Assembly: GCA_050174305.1 (NCBI GenBank)
Contig: JBFXJZ010000009.1
Span: 34,148-98,147 of the forward strand
Source of the DNA: Pyrinomonadaceae bacterium
Lineage (GTDB): Bacteria; Acidobacteriota; Blastocatellia; Pyrinomonadales; Pyrinomonadaceae
DNA: 64,000 bases
Reading direction: 5' to 3'
The notes under the pieces were generated by a model. It worked only from the letters and a program-made list of their open reading frames with translations. It was not told the origin of the DNA and did no database searches. The position numbers and the translations under genes were made by a program. Of this stretch, positions 30,779 through 40,166 are shown in pieces (position 1 is the first letter of the stretch; each line of letters begins with the position of its first letter).

Positions 30779-30953
30779 TAAATACTAAAGAAAAACAGGA
30801 GCTAATTGCCTGATTGGAAAGAGGATAGTCTTTTTAAATCTTTGAAAAGCCGTCTCTCCTAACAAAGGTCGTACGACTACAAACCTTCAAAATGGTCATT
30901 GGTTACACGCCAATGTGATTCTTGTAACGAACCTGGGCGATTAGAAAACAATT

Positions 30954-31649
30954 TTGGCTAACTCGATCGTTTCCAAGTTGCAGACATCACCAGGATCCCC
31001 ACCCACGGGCGGACCTGGCGACGCACACGATCGCGAGGGCTTCGTCGCCGAATCATTAAAATTAATTCGAAAAGTCATCGCTGGGCGTAGATCCGTGCCT
31101 ATTGATGACGTTCCCGATATTTCGCAAGAGATCGTATTGAGACTCTGGAAGTGGCGCACCAAGTTCGGGGATAAAAGTGAGCGAATGGCCGAGGAAGATT
31201 GGTTGTCCTTCACTGCGCGTACCGCCCATAACGAAGTAAATCGAAATCTATCAAATCGCGGAAGACACGTCGAAGTATCGATTGATGACGTCGAGGTGAA
31301 TGAAGGCTCGCAAACCTCATCCTCAGCAGAAACTTTTCAACTTGTTGAAATTGCGTGGCAAGGTATTTGCAAGTTAAGTCTGCATCAAAGGCAGGCACTT
31401 CTTTTCAGTTCAGTAGATCTTGTACTTCATCTTTTCCAGTATGGAATCGAGGAAGATGAATTGTTAGAAACGCTCGGGTTGTCGAAGGAATCTTGGGAAT
31501 CTATTTCAGCAAGAATGCCTCTAACAGACCCTGAAATTGCTGAAATAGCGAATCTAGCGACCAGTAAGAGGCAAAGAGTGACCACCGCGGGTGCCATCAA
31601 GAAGGCAAGATGCGATGCCCGGAAGAGACTAAAGGAGTTGATGAAATAA
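30954..31649 (+). CDS. ECF-type sigma-70 family factor (atypical)
   Basis: A region-2-like stretch (DISQEIVLRLWKW ... SFTARTAHNEVNRNL) and a region-4-like stretch (LSLHQRQALLF ... IAEIANLATSKRQRVTTAGAIKKARCDARKRLKE). The ORF starts with TTG and the true start is uncertain. The next gene starts 1 nt after its stop. Confidence 0.55.
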   Translation: MANSIVSKLQTSPGSPPTGGPGDAHDREGFVAESLKLIRKVIAGRRSVPIDDVPDISQEIVLRLWKWRTKFGDKSERMAEEDWLSFTARTAHNEVNRNLSNRGRHVEVSIDDVEVNEGSQTSSSAETFQLVEIAWQGICKLSLHQRQALLFSSVDLVLHLFQYGIEEDELLETLGLSKESWESISARMPLTDPEIAEIANLATSKRQRVTTAGAIKKARCDARKRLKELMK

Positions 31650-32561
31650 ATGAATCAAGATCACTTATCAGCTGCTGAGGTCGCTATGTTTCGGGAAGAG
31701 AGTTTTTCTTCGCGATCGATTGAGATCGGCCGCCATCTTCTCGCCTGTAAAGAATGTCGAGCAAAACTGCCATCTGTTACTCCGCAGGAGTTTCGAGACT
31801 GTGTTCTCGGTGCTGACATCCCTCGATTGGATGAATCTGAACAAGAATACCGATTTCTCAATTTACCGGTACTGTCCTTTGCAAGAGTAGGTGCCTTTGC
31901 GGGATTCGCAGTTCTACTCTTGGCCGGGATCTATTTTATGGGCGTTCAGGGGTTAAATTCGTCCGGGGATATCGTTGTAAGAAGCAATGAACCTCCAATA
32001 GAAACATTCTTTGAATTGAAGCCGGAAGGCTCAGTCGTCGGTACAGCTTCCGGCGAGCGAGACCATGCGGCCACAAGACCAACGATTCAAACAGATGTAA
32101 CGACTCCGCCGTCGAATCTAAAGACGCGTCAAGTAACAACCCGAAAGGTCATGACCAAAGCTCCGGAGATTCGAAACTCAGAAACTCGCGGCAAGCTACC
32201 GTGTGGAGGCCAAAGATCTGTCGGTCTTGAAGCCCGACTTACCGAAGCAGGTCTGCTGCTAAGATGGAACAAAGTCCGTGGAACAGTCAAACTCAATGTC
32301 TACCTGTCTGATCTCGACGAAAAGCTGATAGACCATTTTGAGACTGTTGACCGAACCTCCCATGTGGTTTCAGCGAAACTTGACAATGAAACTGTCTATA
32401 GCCTGCGCCTGATCGTGACCCTTGAAAGTGGGGAAAGGATCGTAAGCGAGTCACAGAATTTCAAGGTCGGCGATTTAACAAATAACGCAAAATCAAGCGG
32501 TGCCGTTTCTGTACAAAAGACGACAGCCGCATCCGTACGCTGCGTGGAGGCAAAGCCATGA
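31650..32561 (+). CDS. Anti-sigma factor (zf-HC2 type) with TM and extracytoplasmic domain
   Basis: HLLACKECRAKL (H-x3-C-x2-C), a single TM (FAGFAVLLLAGIYFMGV) and a ~200-aa outer domain. Confidence 0.6.
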   Translation: MNQDHLSAAEVAMFREESFSSRSIEIGRHLLACKECRAKLPSVTPQEFRDCVLGADIPRLDESEQEYRFLNLPVLSFARVGAFAGFAVLLLAGIYFMGVQGLNSSGDIVVRSNEPPIETFFELKPEGSVVGTASGERDHAATRPTIQTDVTTPPSNLKTRQVTTRKVMTKAPEIRNSETRGKLPCGGQRSVGLEARLTEAGLLLRWNKVRGTVKLNVYLSDLDEKLIDHFETVDRTSHVVSAKLDNETVYSLRLIVTLESGERIVSESQNFKVGDLTNNAKSSGAVSVQKTTAASVRCVEAKP

Positions 32562-34537
32562 ACCCGTTCACTCATAATATGAATAGATATGAAGTCGCTT
32601 CGTCGTGGATCCCCGTCACTTTCATTACAACATTTGTACTGCTTTCGATCGTTTTTTTGTCTGTTATTTCGGCATCTGGTCAGGTGACCGACGAATTTCC
32701 GGTACCACCTTCGTTTGCTATCGAGGGAATTCCAACGATAAAGAACGCAGATGTTGAACACCTCTTTTTCGATCCCTCGGAAGTAAGAAGCAACCTAATC
32801 TGGGACGTTGACCGGACGAATCGCTCGATACTGGTAACCGATGAAAAGTCGTATATTTATCGGCTCGGTTCGCCGATGGGAAAACCGCAAAACCTGATCG
32901 ACGGCCGTTCCCCGAATATGGTTCGCGTAAGCCCGAAAGGTGGCGTATTCGCCTTCATCGACGATAAGGAAGATGCAGATAACTTTGAATTGCATCTCCG
33001 GGATGAAAACGGAAATATGCGCAAGCTTTCCTCATTTTCAGGCAAGGATGAGTCTGTGGAATCATTTGTTTGGGATGAATCTGGAAAGACGATCTTTTAT
33101 GCGCAGACTGATTACGAAAAGAAAGCAACTCGATTATGCAGCCACGACCTGTCAAAAATCACCTGCTACGACCTTGACCTTAACGGCATCTGGAATGTTA
33201 TTGACTCGGAGAAAAACAAGGTGCTTCTCAAATATTGGAAATCGTCCAGTAACCAGAGCCTTTATATTTACGACCTGATTTCGAAAAAGCTGACCACCGT
33301 CGAGGATAAAGGTAACTCGACAAGAGGATTTTTCGGCCAAGGCCGAGTCTTCTGGCTTTCCGAGGGGTCGGCGGAATGCGGTCCAGAGACTTGTCTTGCC
33401 TCGATGGACCTTAAGAACGGAAGCAGGAGGCGTGTAAGCTTGCCAAATGGTATCGCAAATCTGCAGGACGTAAAGATTTCACCGGATAAAAAGTCTTTCT
33501 TAATTCAGGAGATGCGCGATGGGATTGACAACATGCGCGTCGGCAGATTAGCGAAGAACGCGATCACTGAGACAGTGCCACCTTTCATTCGCGGTTCATA
33601 TGTTATCTGGAACACCCGATGGCTTTCGAATACGGAGATTGCGTACACAACTGAGAATATTGCTAAGCCCGCCTCAATAGAGGTCTTCGACATCTCGTCC
33701 AAAAGGACTACGGCCTGGACAAAAGAGAGGATACCAGCCCGGTTTGAGAACAAGGTGCGTCGACCAGAAGTGATAAAGTGGAAGTCCTTCGATGGCCTCG
33801 AAATATCAGGCTATATGATCAAGCCCCAACGAATTGAGGGAAGATCTCCGGTACTCATCTTTATCCACGGCGGACCGCAAGTCATCGATCGCCCGGTATT
33901 CAATTCGCAGGCCCTGAGATTCGCGGCATATCTTGGGCTAACGATCATACACACCAACATTCGCGGATCGAGAGGCTTTGGAATCGAGTTCATGGATGCC
34001 GACAACGGCGCCAAAAGGCGTGACGCGGTCAAGGACATCTCCGCTTTGCTGGACTGGGTCGAAAAACATCCTGAGCTTGACAGTGGCCGGATAGTTGTAC
34101 GCGGTGAGAGTTACGGCGGCTTTGTTGCTCTTGCCTCAGGGTTGCTAGAACCAAAGCGGGTAAAAGCCGTCATAGCCGAATATCCGTTGGTTTCAATTAG
34201 GGGCTTACTTTCCCAAAGTTCTATTGAAGAGTTCTCGATCAACGAATACGGCGATCCGAAAGACGAGCGACTAATGAAAGAACTTGATGATCTTTCTCCA
34301 TTAAACAACGTAGATCGTTGGAGCCGAGCTCCGTTGTTTATGACTAGGGGAAAGCTGGATTCAAGAAATCCCGAGAAAAACGTTCTCGACCTCAAGTCCC
34401 AACTGCAGAAAAAGGGCAACGAAGTTTGGTTCATATATGCGAAAGAAGCAGGACACGGCGTGGCCGGTCGTTATGTAACTACAGCGATGTATGAGTTTTT
34501 GAGGCAACAACTAAACAAAAAAGGAGAAAACAAATGA
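32558..34537 (+). CDS. S9-family serine peptidase (prolyl oligopeptidase / DPP type) with N-terminal propeller
   Basis: An N-terminal TM anchor; nucleophile elbow GESYGGF; C-terminal ...KEAGHGV (catalytic His region). Its start overlaps the anti-sigma stop. Confidence 0.85.
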   Translation: MNPFTHNMNRYEVASSWIPVTFITTFVLLSIVFLSVISASGQVTDEFPVPPSFAIEGIPTIKNADVEHLFFDPSEVRSNLIWDVDRTNRSILVTDEKSYIYRLGSPMGKPQNLIDGRSPNMVRVSPKGGVFAFIDDKEDADNFELHLRDENGNMRKLSSFSGKDESVESFVWDESGKTIFYAQTDYEKKATRLCSHDLSKITCYDLDLNGIWNVIDSEKNKVLLKYWKSSSNQSLYIYDLISKKLTTVEDKGNSTRGFFGQGRVFWLSEGSAECGPETCLASMDLKNGSRRRVSLPNGIANLQDVKISPDKKSFLIQEMRDGIDNMRVGRLAKNAITETVPPFIRGSYVIWNTRWLSNTEIAYTTENIAKPASIEVFDISSKRTTAWTKERIPARFENKVRRPEVIKWKSFDGLEISGYMIKPQRIEGRSPVLIFIHGGPQVIDRPVFNSQALRFAAYLGLTIIHTNIRGSRGFGIEFMDADNGAKRRDAVKDISALLDWVEKHPELDSGRIVVRGESYGGFVALASGLLEPKRVKAVIAEYPLVSIRGLLSQSSIEEFSINEYGDPKDERLMKELDDLSPLNNVDRWSRAPLFMTRGKLDSRNPEKNVLDLKSQLQKKGNEVWFIYAKEAGHGVAGRYVTTAMYEFLRQQLNKKGENK

Positions 34538-34782
34538 AGAAAATAAAATCACTTGGCTTAATGCTGGTGCTTTCGATAGGTCTGGTCGGCAATATCTTTG
34601 CGACCGGACCGGTTATAGCGGGTACTACTGGGGCCGCTCCGGGACTCCTCACGCTCGTTTTGGAACAGGTCCTATCGGCGTTCGGCGGTGAAAGCTGCCC
34701 CCTCCGAATATGCCAGAACTGTCGTCCGAATAGTGAGGGCGGTGATAACGGCAACGGTGACTGCCGCCCTCGAGATAACTAA
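34534..34782 (+). CDS. Small secreted Cys-rich peptide (82-aa precursor)
   Basis: A GGAG RBS and an ATGA overlap with the peptidase stop. Signal peptide MKKIKSLGLMLVLSIGLVGNIFA, with a C-terminus CPLRICQNCRPNSEGGDNGNGDCRPRDN (4 Cys). Confidence 0.5.
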   Translation: MKKIKSLGLMLVLSIGLVGNIFATGPVIAGTTGAAPGLLTLVLEQVLSAFGGESCPLRICQNCRPNSEGGDNGNGDCRPRDN

Positions 34783-37365
34783 ATGGACCAGAGCTTTTCG
34801 AAATGGTGTTTCCCTGGATTCGCGACAGCAAGCCGGTCAATATTACCCGGCTTGCTACTTTTACTTCTTGCGGCCGTTGGAATCCAAGGTCAATCAAAAG
34901 CCCTTTCGCCTTTACGAACTTTCTTCAACAACGGACAATTCGACGAGGTTGTGAGCCAAGCCCCTGAAGCTCTTCTGAAAGCACGCAAGACCGGAGCAGT
35001 GGCCACCTCTTCGGAAATTAACGTATTTTATGCTCTGGCCCTGATGCGGCTGGAGAGGTATGAAGAAGCGGCGACGGCTCTCGAAGAAGCCATGGCAGAC
35101 GCTGAAATCTCAAGACAGCCTCGAAGAATTGCGGCAGCGTATCTGGCTAGGGCCACGCATTTCCGTGCCCAGCGGGACTTTCCATCTGCGATAAAGTCCG
35201 CCCGCAGCGCTATGGTAGCTGCTCCTTCCGATCCGCAAATCAAGGTCGAATATCATCTCGCCATCGGCCGGATTATGTACTCGTCCGGGTACGACGTGGC
35301 TGCGATCATCTGGCTTGAAAAAGCCGAGAAACTGGCTAGCAGCCTTCCTACATCCGCTCTCCTCGATGTCCTTGGACATCTAAGCCTCTCGTGGGCATCC
35401 AAATTCAATTATGCAAGAGCGATAGAGTACGGAGAAAGATTGGTCAAGATCAGCGAGAAAACCGAATTCAAATTCCGTCACCGCCTCGCACACTACGAGT
35501 TCGGAGGGCTTCTAAGTGCGGTGGCTCAGGAGCGAAGAGCAAAGCAAATGCGTGAAACGGGCCTGAGACTCGCGTTTGCAGCTAACGACGAGTATCAGAG
35601 CTGTCTCTTTCTCACTGCAATTATACTCACTTCCCTATACGACGGTGACGTAAAGAGCGCCGAAAAACATCTCACCACACTTGATCGCGTCGATCGGAAA
35701 AAAAGATTTCAATTTGAGTCAATTTTGGGAAAAGCGGTTATCGCTGGCCTACAAGGACGAACGGAGGTGTCCGATCAAAGTTTCAAGGAACTCGAATCGC
35801 TCAAGGCTCATTCCGAATATATTATTCCGCACTGGAAGGCAGTCCTCGCCGAAAAAAGAAAAGACTGGGCCGGATTAATCAAACAAATGAAGGTTCTAGA
35901 GAAACTCACCGAAGAAGGTAACTTTCGCGAGGACCTGCCGGGCGTTTATTTTAGTCTGGCCAAGGGATACTGGGGATTAAATGAACCGGAATTGGCCATT
36001 GGGTACGCAAGCCGCTCAGCAGCGATCATCGAAAGTGATCGACCGACAGAGGACACCATTTTGTCGTTGTCGATGCTGGAGACGTACCATTCCGTTTACA
36101 GGTTGATGGCAGAAATTAAAGATAGCGGAAACAACGCAACTGCCGCTTTAGAACTTGCCGATTACTCAAAGGCTCGTGTGCTTCGTGATCGCATCGAGAC
36201 TTCGGCCCTTCGGCGTAAAGCCGATCTAGATAGCGAGACCCGCAAACTTGTGGAGGATCTCTCAACTCAATTAGTTGATGGAGGAAACGTGCGAGAGAAA
36301 TTGGCGGGTATTGAGAAAACCGTATCGCTCTCTTTGCCTCAAACCGTAACTGAACGAAAACTCAACCGGGAATTGCTTACCGCTAAAAATCTGCTCCGTG
36401 ACACCGCGATTGTCTCATACTATTTCACCGTCGGTGGCCAGCTACGAGCTCATGTAATCGAGGACCGAAAACCAGTCCGCTCGGTCGAATTGTCGCTTTC
36501 AGAGAGCGAGGCTGGTCTGATAGCACAATCCACCCGAACAAAGATCCGCGATAGGATCTTCTTCAAGAACGACGGAAAGGAAATCTATGACAAGCTACTT
36601 GCTCCATTGTCGCTTGATGCGAACCATATCGTGATCGTGCCGGACAAAGCCTTGTGGAAGATTCCGTTCCATGCATTAAGCCCTGATCGTAAATCCTACC
36701 TAATCGAACATCGAACCGTAACCTACGCGCCGTCTGTATCAATGCTCCTGAACGAACTCAGACAGCCGGCTCCAATCCGAAAAACCGTTCAGATTTTTGC
36801 TAATGATTCATTTCAAGACCGTTATTTGGCATACGTTAATCGCGAAGCCGCAAAAATCGCTGGCATTTTGGGCTCGAAACCTTTGATCGGTGCGACACGA
36901 ATGCAGTTCCTTGGCTCTGCCCTTGAAACCGACATATTACACTTCTCGATGCATGCACAAGTCAATCCGGATGAACCACTGGCGTCTTTTTTGGCGTTTA
37001 AGGCTAACGGCAAGGATCCGGGGCATATCACCGTGCAAGACCTTCTAAGCATTCGTCTCAAAAAGCAGAACCTCGCGTTTCTCGCCTCGTGCGAAACAAG
37101 CAATGTGCTTAACGGTGAAGGACTCGTAAGTATCGCATGGGCACTTCTGGGATCGGGAAGTTCGTCGGTGATATCTGCTCAGTGGGAGGCGAATGACCGC
37201 TCGACCGAGGAGTTTACCCAAGAATTCTACAGGCACTACCGCGAAGGCAAATCAACGGCAAAGGCTTTACAGGCCGCATCAATTTCTATGATCCGAAACA
37301 AGTCAAACGGCACGCACGAACCGTATTTCTGGGGAGGGTTTATCCTTCTTGGGGATTTCAGATAG
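34783..37365 (+). CDS. Exported TPR-repeat CHAT-domain (caspase-like) protease
   Basis: A signal/TM at the N-terminus and ~550 aa of TPR-like helical repeats. The C-terminal CHAT dyad context is ILHFSMHAQV (His) and LAFLASCETS (Cys). It starts directly after the peptide gene stop. Confidence 0.85.
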   Translation: MDQSFSKWCFPGFATASRSILPGLLLLLLAAVGIQGQSKALSPLRTFFNNGQFDEVVSQAPEALLKARKTGAVATSSEINVFYALALMRLERYEEAATALEEAMADAEISRQPRRIAAAYLARATHFRAQRDFPSAIKSARSAMVAAPSDPQIKVEYHLAIGRIMYSSGYDVAAIIWLEKAEKLASSLPTSALLDVLGHLSLSWASKFNYARAIEYGERLVKISEKTEFKFRHRLAHYEFGGLLSAVAQERRAKQMRETGLRLAFAANDEYQSCLFLTAIILTSLYDGDVKSAEKHLTTLDRVDRKKRFQFESILGKAVIAGLQGRTEVSDQSFKELESLKAHSEYIIPHWKAVLAEKRKDWAGLIKQMKVLEKLTEEGNFREDLPGVYFSLAKGYWGLNEPELAIGYASRSAAIIESDRPTEDTILSLSMLETYHSVYRLMAEIKDSGNNATAALELADYSKARVLRDRIETSALRRKADLDSETRKLVEDLSTQLVDGGNVREKLAGIEKTVSLSLPQTVTERKLNRELLTAKNLLRDTAIVSYYFTVGGQLRAHVIEDRKPVRSVELSLSESEAGLIAQSTRTKIRDRIFFKNDGKEIYDKLLAPLSLDANHIVIVPDKALWKIPFHALSPDRKSYLIEHRTVTYAPSVSMLLNELRQPAPIRKTVQIFANDSFQDRYLAYVNREAAKIAGILGSKPLIGATRMQFLGSALETDILHFSMHAQVNPDEPLASFLAFKANGKDPGHITVQDLLSIRLKKQNLAFLASCETSNVLNGEGLVSIAWALLGSGSSSVISAQWEANDRSTEEFTQEFYRHYREGKSTAKALQAASISMIRNKSNGTHEPYFWGGFILLGDFR

Positions 37366-37521
37366 CCTCTAGGGCGGGTGTCGTCCACATTAATCTACCT
37401 TATCGTTAATAAACGTTTGACAACTTAAGAGTTTTACGGCGCTTTAATATTAAACCTTTACGAGTGAATAACTTGGCTATTCAATATCCTTTTCGACGGG
37501 GCGTTTGGGACCTATAACCTT

Positions 37522-37689
37522 ATGGAAGAAATTGACGCAAAAAAAACTGAGAAATTTGTCAAAGAAGTCATGATGACTGAGCGACGATATGGAACCGACC
37601 AGAAGAATCAGAAGTCGAATCGCCAAAGCGATATCCGAGACTGTCTTGAAAAGTTTGTTGTCAAGGAATTAAGCGATGAAGATAAATAG
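37522..37689 (+). CDS. Possible 55-aa leader ORF overlapping the ATPase start
   Basis: Hand-translated as MEEIDAKKTEKFVKEVMMTERRYGTDQKNQKSNRQSDIRDCLEKFVVKELSDEDK. It ends at TAG 37687-37689, 14 nt into the next gene. It is below the ORF-track length cutoff and I saw no clear RBS. Confidence 0.25.
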   Translation: MEEIDAKKTEKFVKEVMMTERRYGTDQKNQKSNRQSDIRDCLEKFVVKELSDEDK

Positions 37690-39691
37690 AATCGAGTTAG
37701 AAAACTTTCGACAATTTTACGGGAAGCAGGAACTCGTTTTCGCGACGGACCCTGAAAAAAACGTAACACTTATCCATGCCGAAAACGGCTACGGCAAAAC
37801 AACTCTGCTAAACGCGATTCTATGGACGTTCTTCAATAAAACTACCACAAAGTTTGAACAGCCCGACAAGATCCTCAACTTTGAAGCCGAATCAGAAGGC
37901 ACAACATTTGCGTCTGTTAGTGTGGAATTTCAGACCCAAAATGAAACATACATCGTCAATCGAAACTTTAGTAGTCGAGCTGATGACACTAGTTTTACGG
38001 CCTTCCGGGTCGAAAGCAGTGGGGCTCTCAGCCCCCATCCTGCGCCAAAGACGCTTATCGAATCGATCGTTCCACCAGAGATGGCAAAGTACTTTTTCTT
38101 CGATGGTGAGTCTGCCGAGGCATTCTCATCGGCGACCAATCATCAGGCGGTCGGTGATGCCATTCGGAACATCCTTGGAGTTGCCCTTGCGAATACTGCA
38201 ATCAACGACCTGAAAGACATCAGAAAATCCGTGGACAGAGAATTAGGTCAACTTCAAGGGGACGAGAAGCTTAAAGCGATTGAAGACGAGCTGTCCAAAA
38301 AGATCGAGCTACTTGAACAAGCTCTTGAATACAAAAAGAATTTCAAAAGCGATATTGCTACTTTCCGATCCCACCGGGACCAAATAGTCTCAGAACTTCG
38401 CGGTTTGGAAGGTAGCCGGCTCATTCAGGAACAACGTGATGACAAGGAAAAAGACTTGGCGGTGTTGAAGGGCGACATCGAGACGACGAAGGATGAAGCG
38501 ATGAGATGGGTCGGTGAACGATCGACTGCCCTAGTGAGCCGAAAGCTAACAACGGAAACTCTAGATTTCGTTGACGAAGCAAAACTAAAAGGACGAATAC
38601 CAAGTCCCTATAATGAGGACGTTGTTAAGGATTTGCTTGAAGCAGAAAGTTGTATTTGTGGACGTGGCCTTAAATCCGGCACGGAGGAATGGAAAGCCGT
38701 TGCCAGACTACTTGTCGACGCCGCAAGCGCGGAAGTCATTGATCGCGCATTACGAGCAAGAAGCCGAATAAGGTTCCTAAGGGAGCAGGCGACCGAAGCA
38801 CCTTCGGGACTTCAGTCGATTCAGAATCGGCTTTCCAAGATGGTTGCAAAACGTGCCGAGTTGGAACAGGTAATCGACGATCTAGGACAACAAATTCAAA
38901 ATCTCCCTCTCGAAGATATTGTTGCCAAAGAACGAGCACGGCGCGACTTGGACTTCAAGATTGAGAAAGAGGTTCGCAAACTTGGCGAAATGGATGCGGG
39001 CATTCGCAAGCTCGAAGCTGAAAAGCTGTCACTCGAAAAGGCCCTGGAGGGAGCCGCACGGTCCAACAAGCAGGCGCTCAAACTTCTGACTCGTCGCAGA
39101 TTGCTTGAAAGCTCGGTAAAATTCCTAGAGGAGCTTTTGAAACAATATGAGACTCAGGCTCGCGAAAAGATAGAGGCTCAGGTGAATAAGATTCTCGATC
39201 GCGTCGCCCACCGCGAATACAAATGCAAAATTAATAGTGATTTTTCGATAGAACTGATTTACGTGGGACGGTCCACACCCAAAAGTTCTGGTGAGAATCA
39301 ACTTTTAAGCTTAGTTTTTATTGCATCTCTGGTGAAATTTGCCGCAGAGCGAGTAGATGATGAGGACTTGGTTCTTAAGCCGGGCACAATAGCACCGTTG
39401 GTTTTGGATTCTCCTTTTGGCCAACTGGATGAATCCTACCGCGAAAGTACCGCATCGTGGATGCCGAATTTAGTAGAACAATTGGTGCTACTTGTATCCA
39501 CAACTCAAGGTACGGAAGAGGTGGTTTCTACCCTTAAGGGATCGATCGGAGCCGAGTATATGCTTGTCTCTGAGAATGCGGGTCCCCGAAACGAACGGAA
39601 ACCAACGGTTTTGGTTCATAACGGCGAGGCTCATACCACTTCGTTGTACTCCCAACCAAAGGCTTTGACCAGAATCGTGAGGCTTAATTAA
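37676..39691 (+). CDS. DndD-like SMC/ABC-type ATPase (restriction-side paralog; PbeA-like)
   Basis: MKINRIELENFRQF...AENGYGKTTLLNAI (Walker A), a long coiled-coil middle, then a C-terminal GENQLLSLVF signature and PLVLDSPFGQLD (Walker B/D-loop). Confidence 0.8.
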   Translation: MKINRIELENFRQFYGKQELVFATDPEKNVTLIHAENGYGKTTLLNAILWTFFNKTTTKFEQPDKILNFEAESEGTTFASVSVEFQTQNETYIVNRNFSSRADDTSFTAFRVESSGALSPHPAPKTLIESIVPPEMAKYFFFDGESAEAFSSATNHQAVGDAIRNILGVALANTAINDLKDIRKSVDRELGQLQGDEKLKAIEDELSKKIELLEQALEYKKNFKSDIATFRSHRDQIVSELRGLEGSRLIQEQRDDKEKDLAVLKGDIETTKDEAMRWVGERSTALVSRKLTTETLDFVDEAKLKGRIPSPYNEDVVKDLLEAESCICGRGLKSGTEEWKAVARLLVDAASAEVIDRALRARSRIRFLREQATEAPSGLQSIQNRLSKMVAKRAELEQVIDDLGQQIQNLPLEDIVAKERARRDLDFKIEKEVRKLGEMDAGIRKLEAEKLSLEKALEGAARSNKQALKLLTRRRLLESSVKFLEELLKQYETQAREKIEAQVNKILDRVAHREYKCKINSDFSIELIYVGRSTPKSSGENQLLSLVFIASLVKFAAERVDDEDLVLKPGTIAPLVLDSPFGQLDESYRESTASWMPNLVEQLVLLVSTTQGTEEVVSTLKGSIGAEYMLVSENAGPRNERKPTVLVHNGEAHTTSLYSQPKALTRIVRLN

Positions 39692-39692
39692 T

Positions 39693-40151
39693 ATGCGTGG
39701 AATAAAAGCTAGCAACACACATGAGGAGATGATTCGTCACCTAACGCACCCAGTTACAGGAAAGCCTGTATTTGATTCCATGAGAAGTCTAATCTGCTTC
39801 GCGGCGGTGCTGGGCTTTGAATACGGGAAAAAAGCTTCGTTGGGTCGCCAGCAGTTCGAAGCAGTTGACGGCCGCATTTTCGAGAATAGTGACCAAGCGA
39901 TTGATCTCTTATATCTGATAGCTCTCGCTCACGAAAAAGACGCTGATATTCTTCGCGTCGAAAACGAGGAGCAGATGGTGGCGATTTTTGAGCAATTCGC
40001 TCAGGGCGGCCTCGAGATACTTGCTGGGTGGCTTCGCGAGAAGCCGGAAGATACGGTTGGTGATCGGGCCATCATAAGCGCATTCGGTAAGTATGGGTTT
40101 CTGACCGCAGGAGATGACTCCGAAGTAACGCTGTCTCAAATATCTTTCTAA
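39693..40151 (+). CDS. Small dnd-associated protein (152 aa)
   Basis: It starts 1 nt after the ATPase stop. There is no catalytic motif. Its size and position match the small 'dnd system-associated' proteins found between the ATPase and the helicase in such loci; this is from recollection and was not verified. Confidence 0.45.
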   Translation: MRGIKASNTHEEMIRHLTHPVTGKPVFDSMRSLICFAAVLGFEYGKKASLGRQQFEAVDGRIFENSDQAIDLLYLIALAHEKDADILRVENEEQMVAIFEQFAQGGLEILAGWLREKPEDTVGDRAIISAFGKYGFLTAGDDSEVTLSQISF

Positions 40152-40166
40152 CCACTACGAAGTTGA

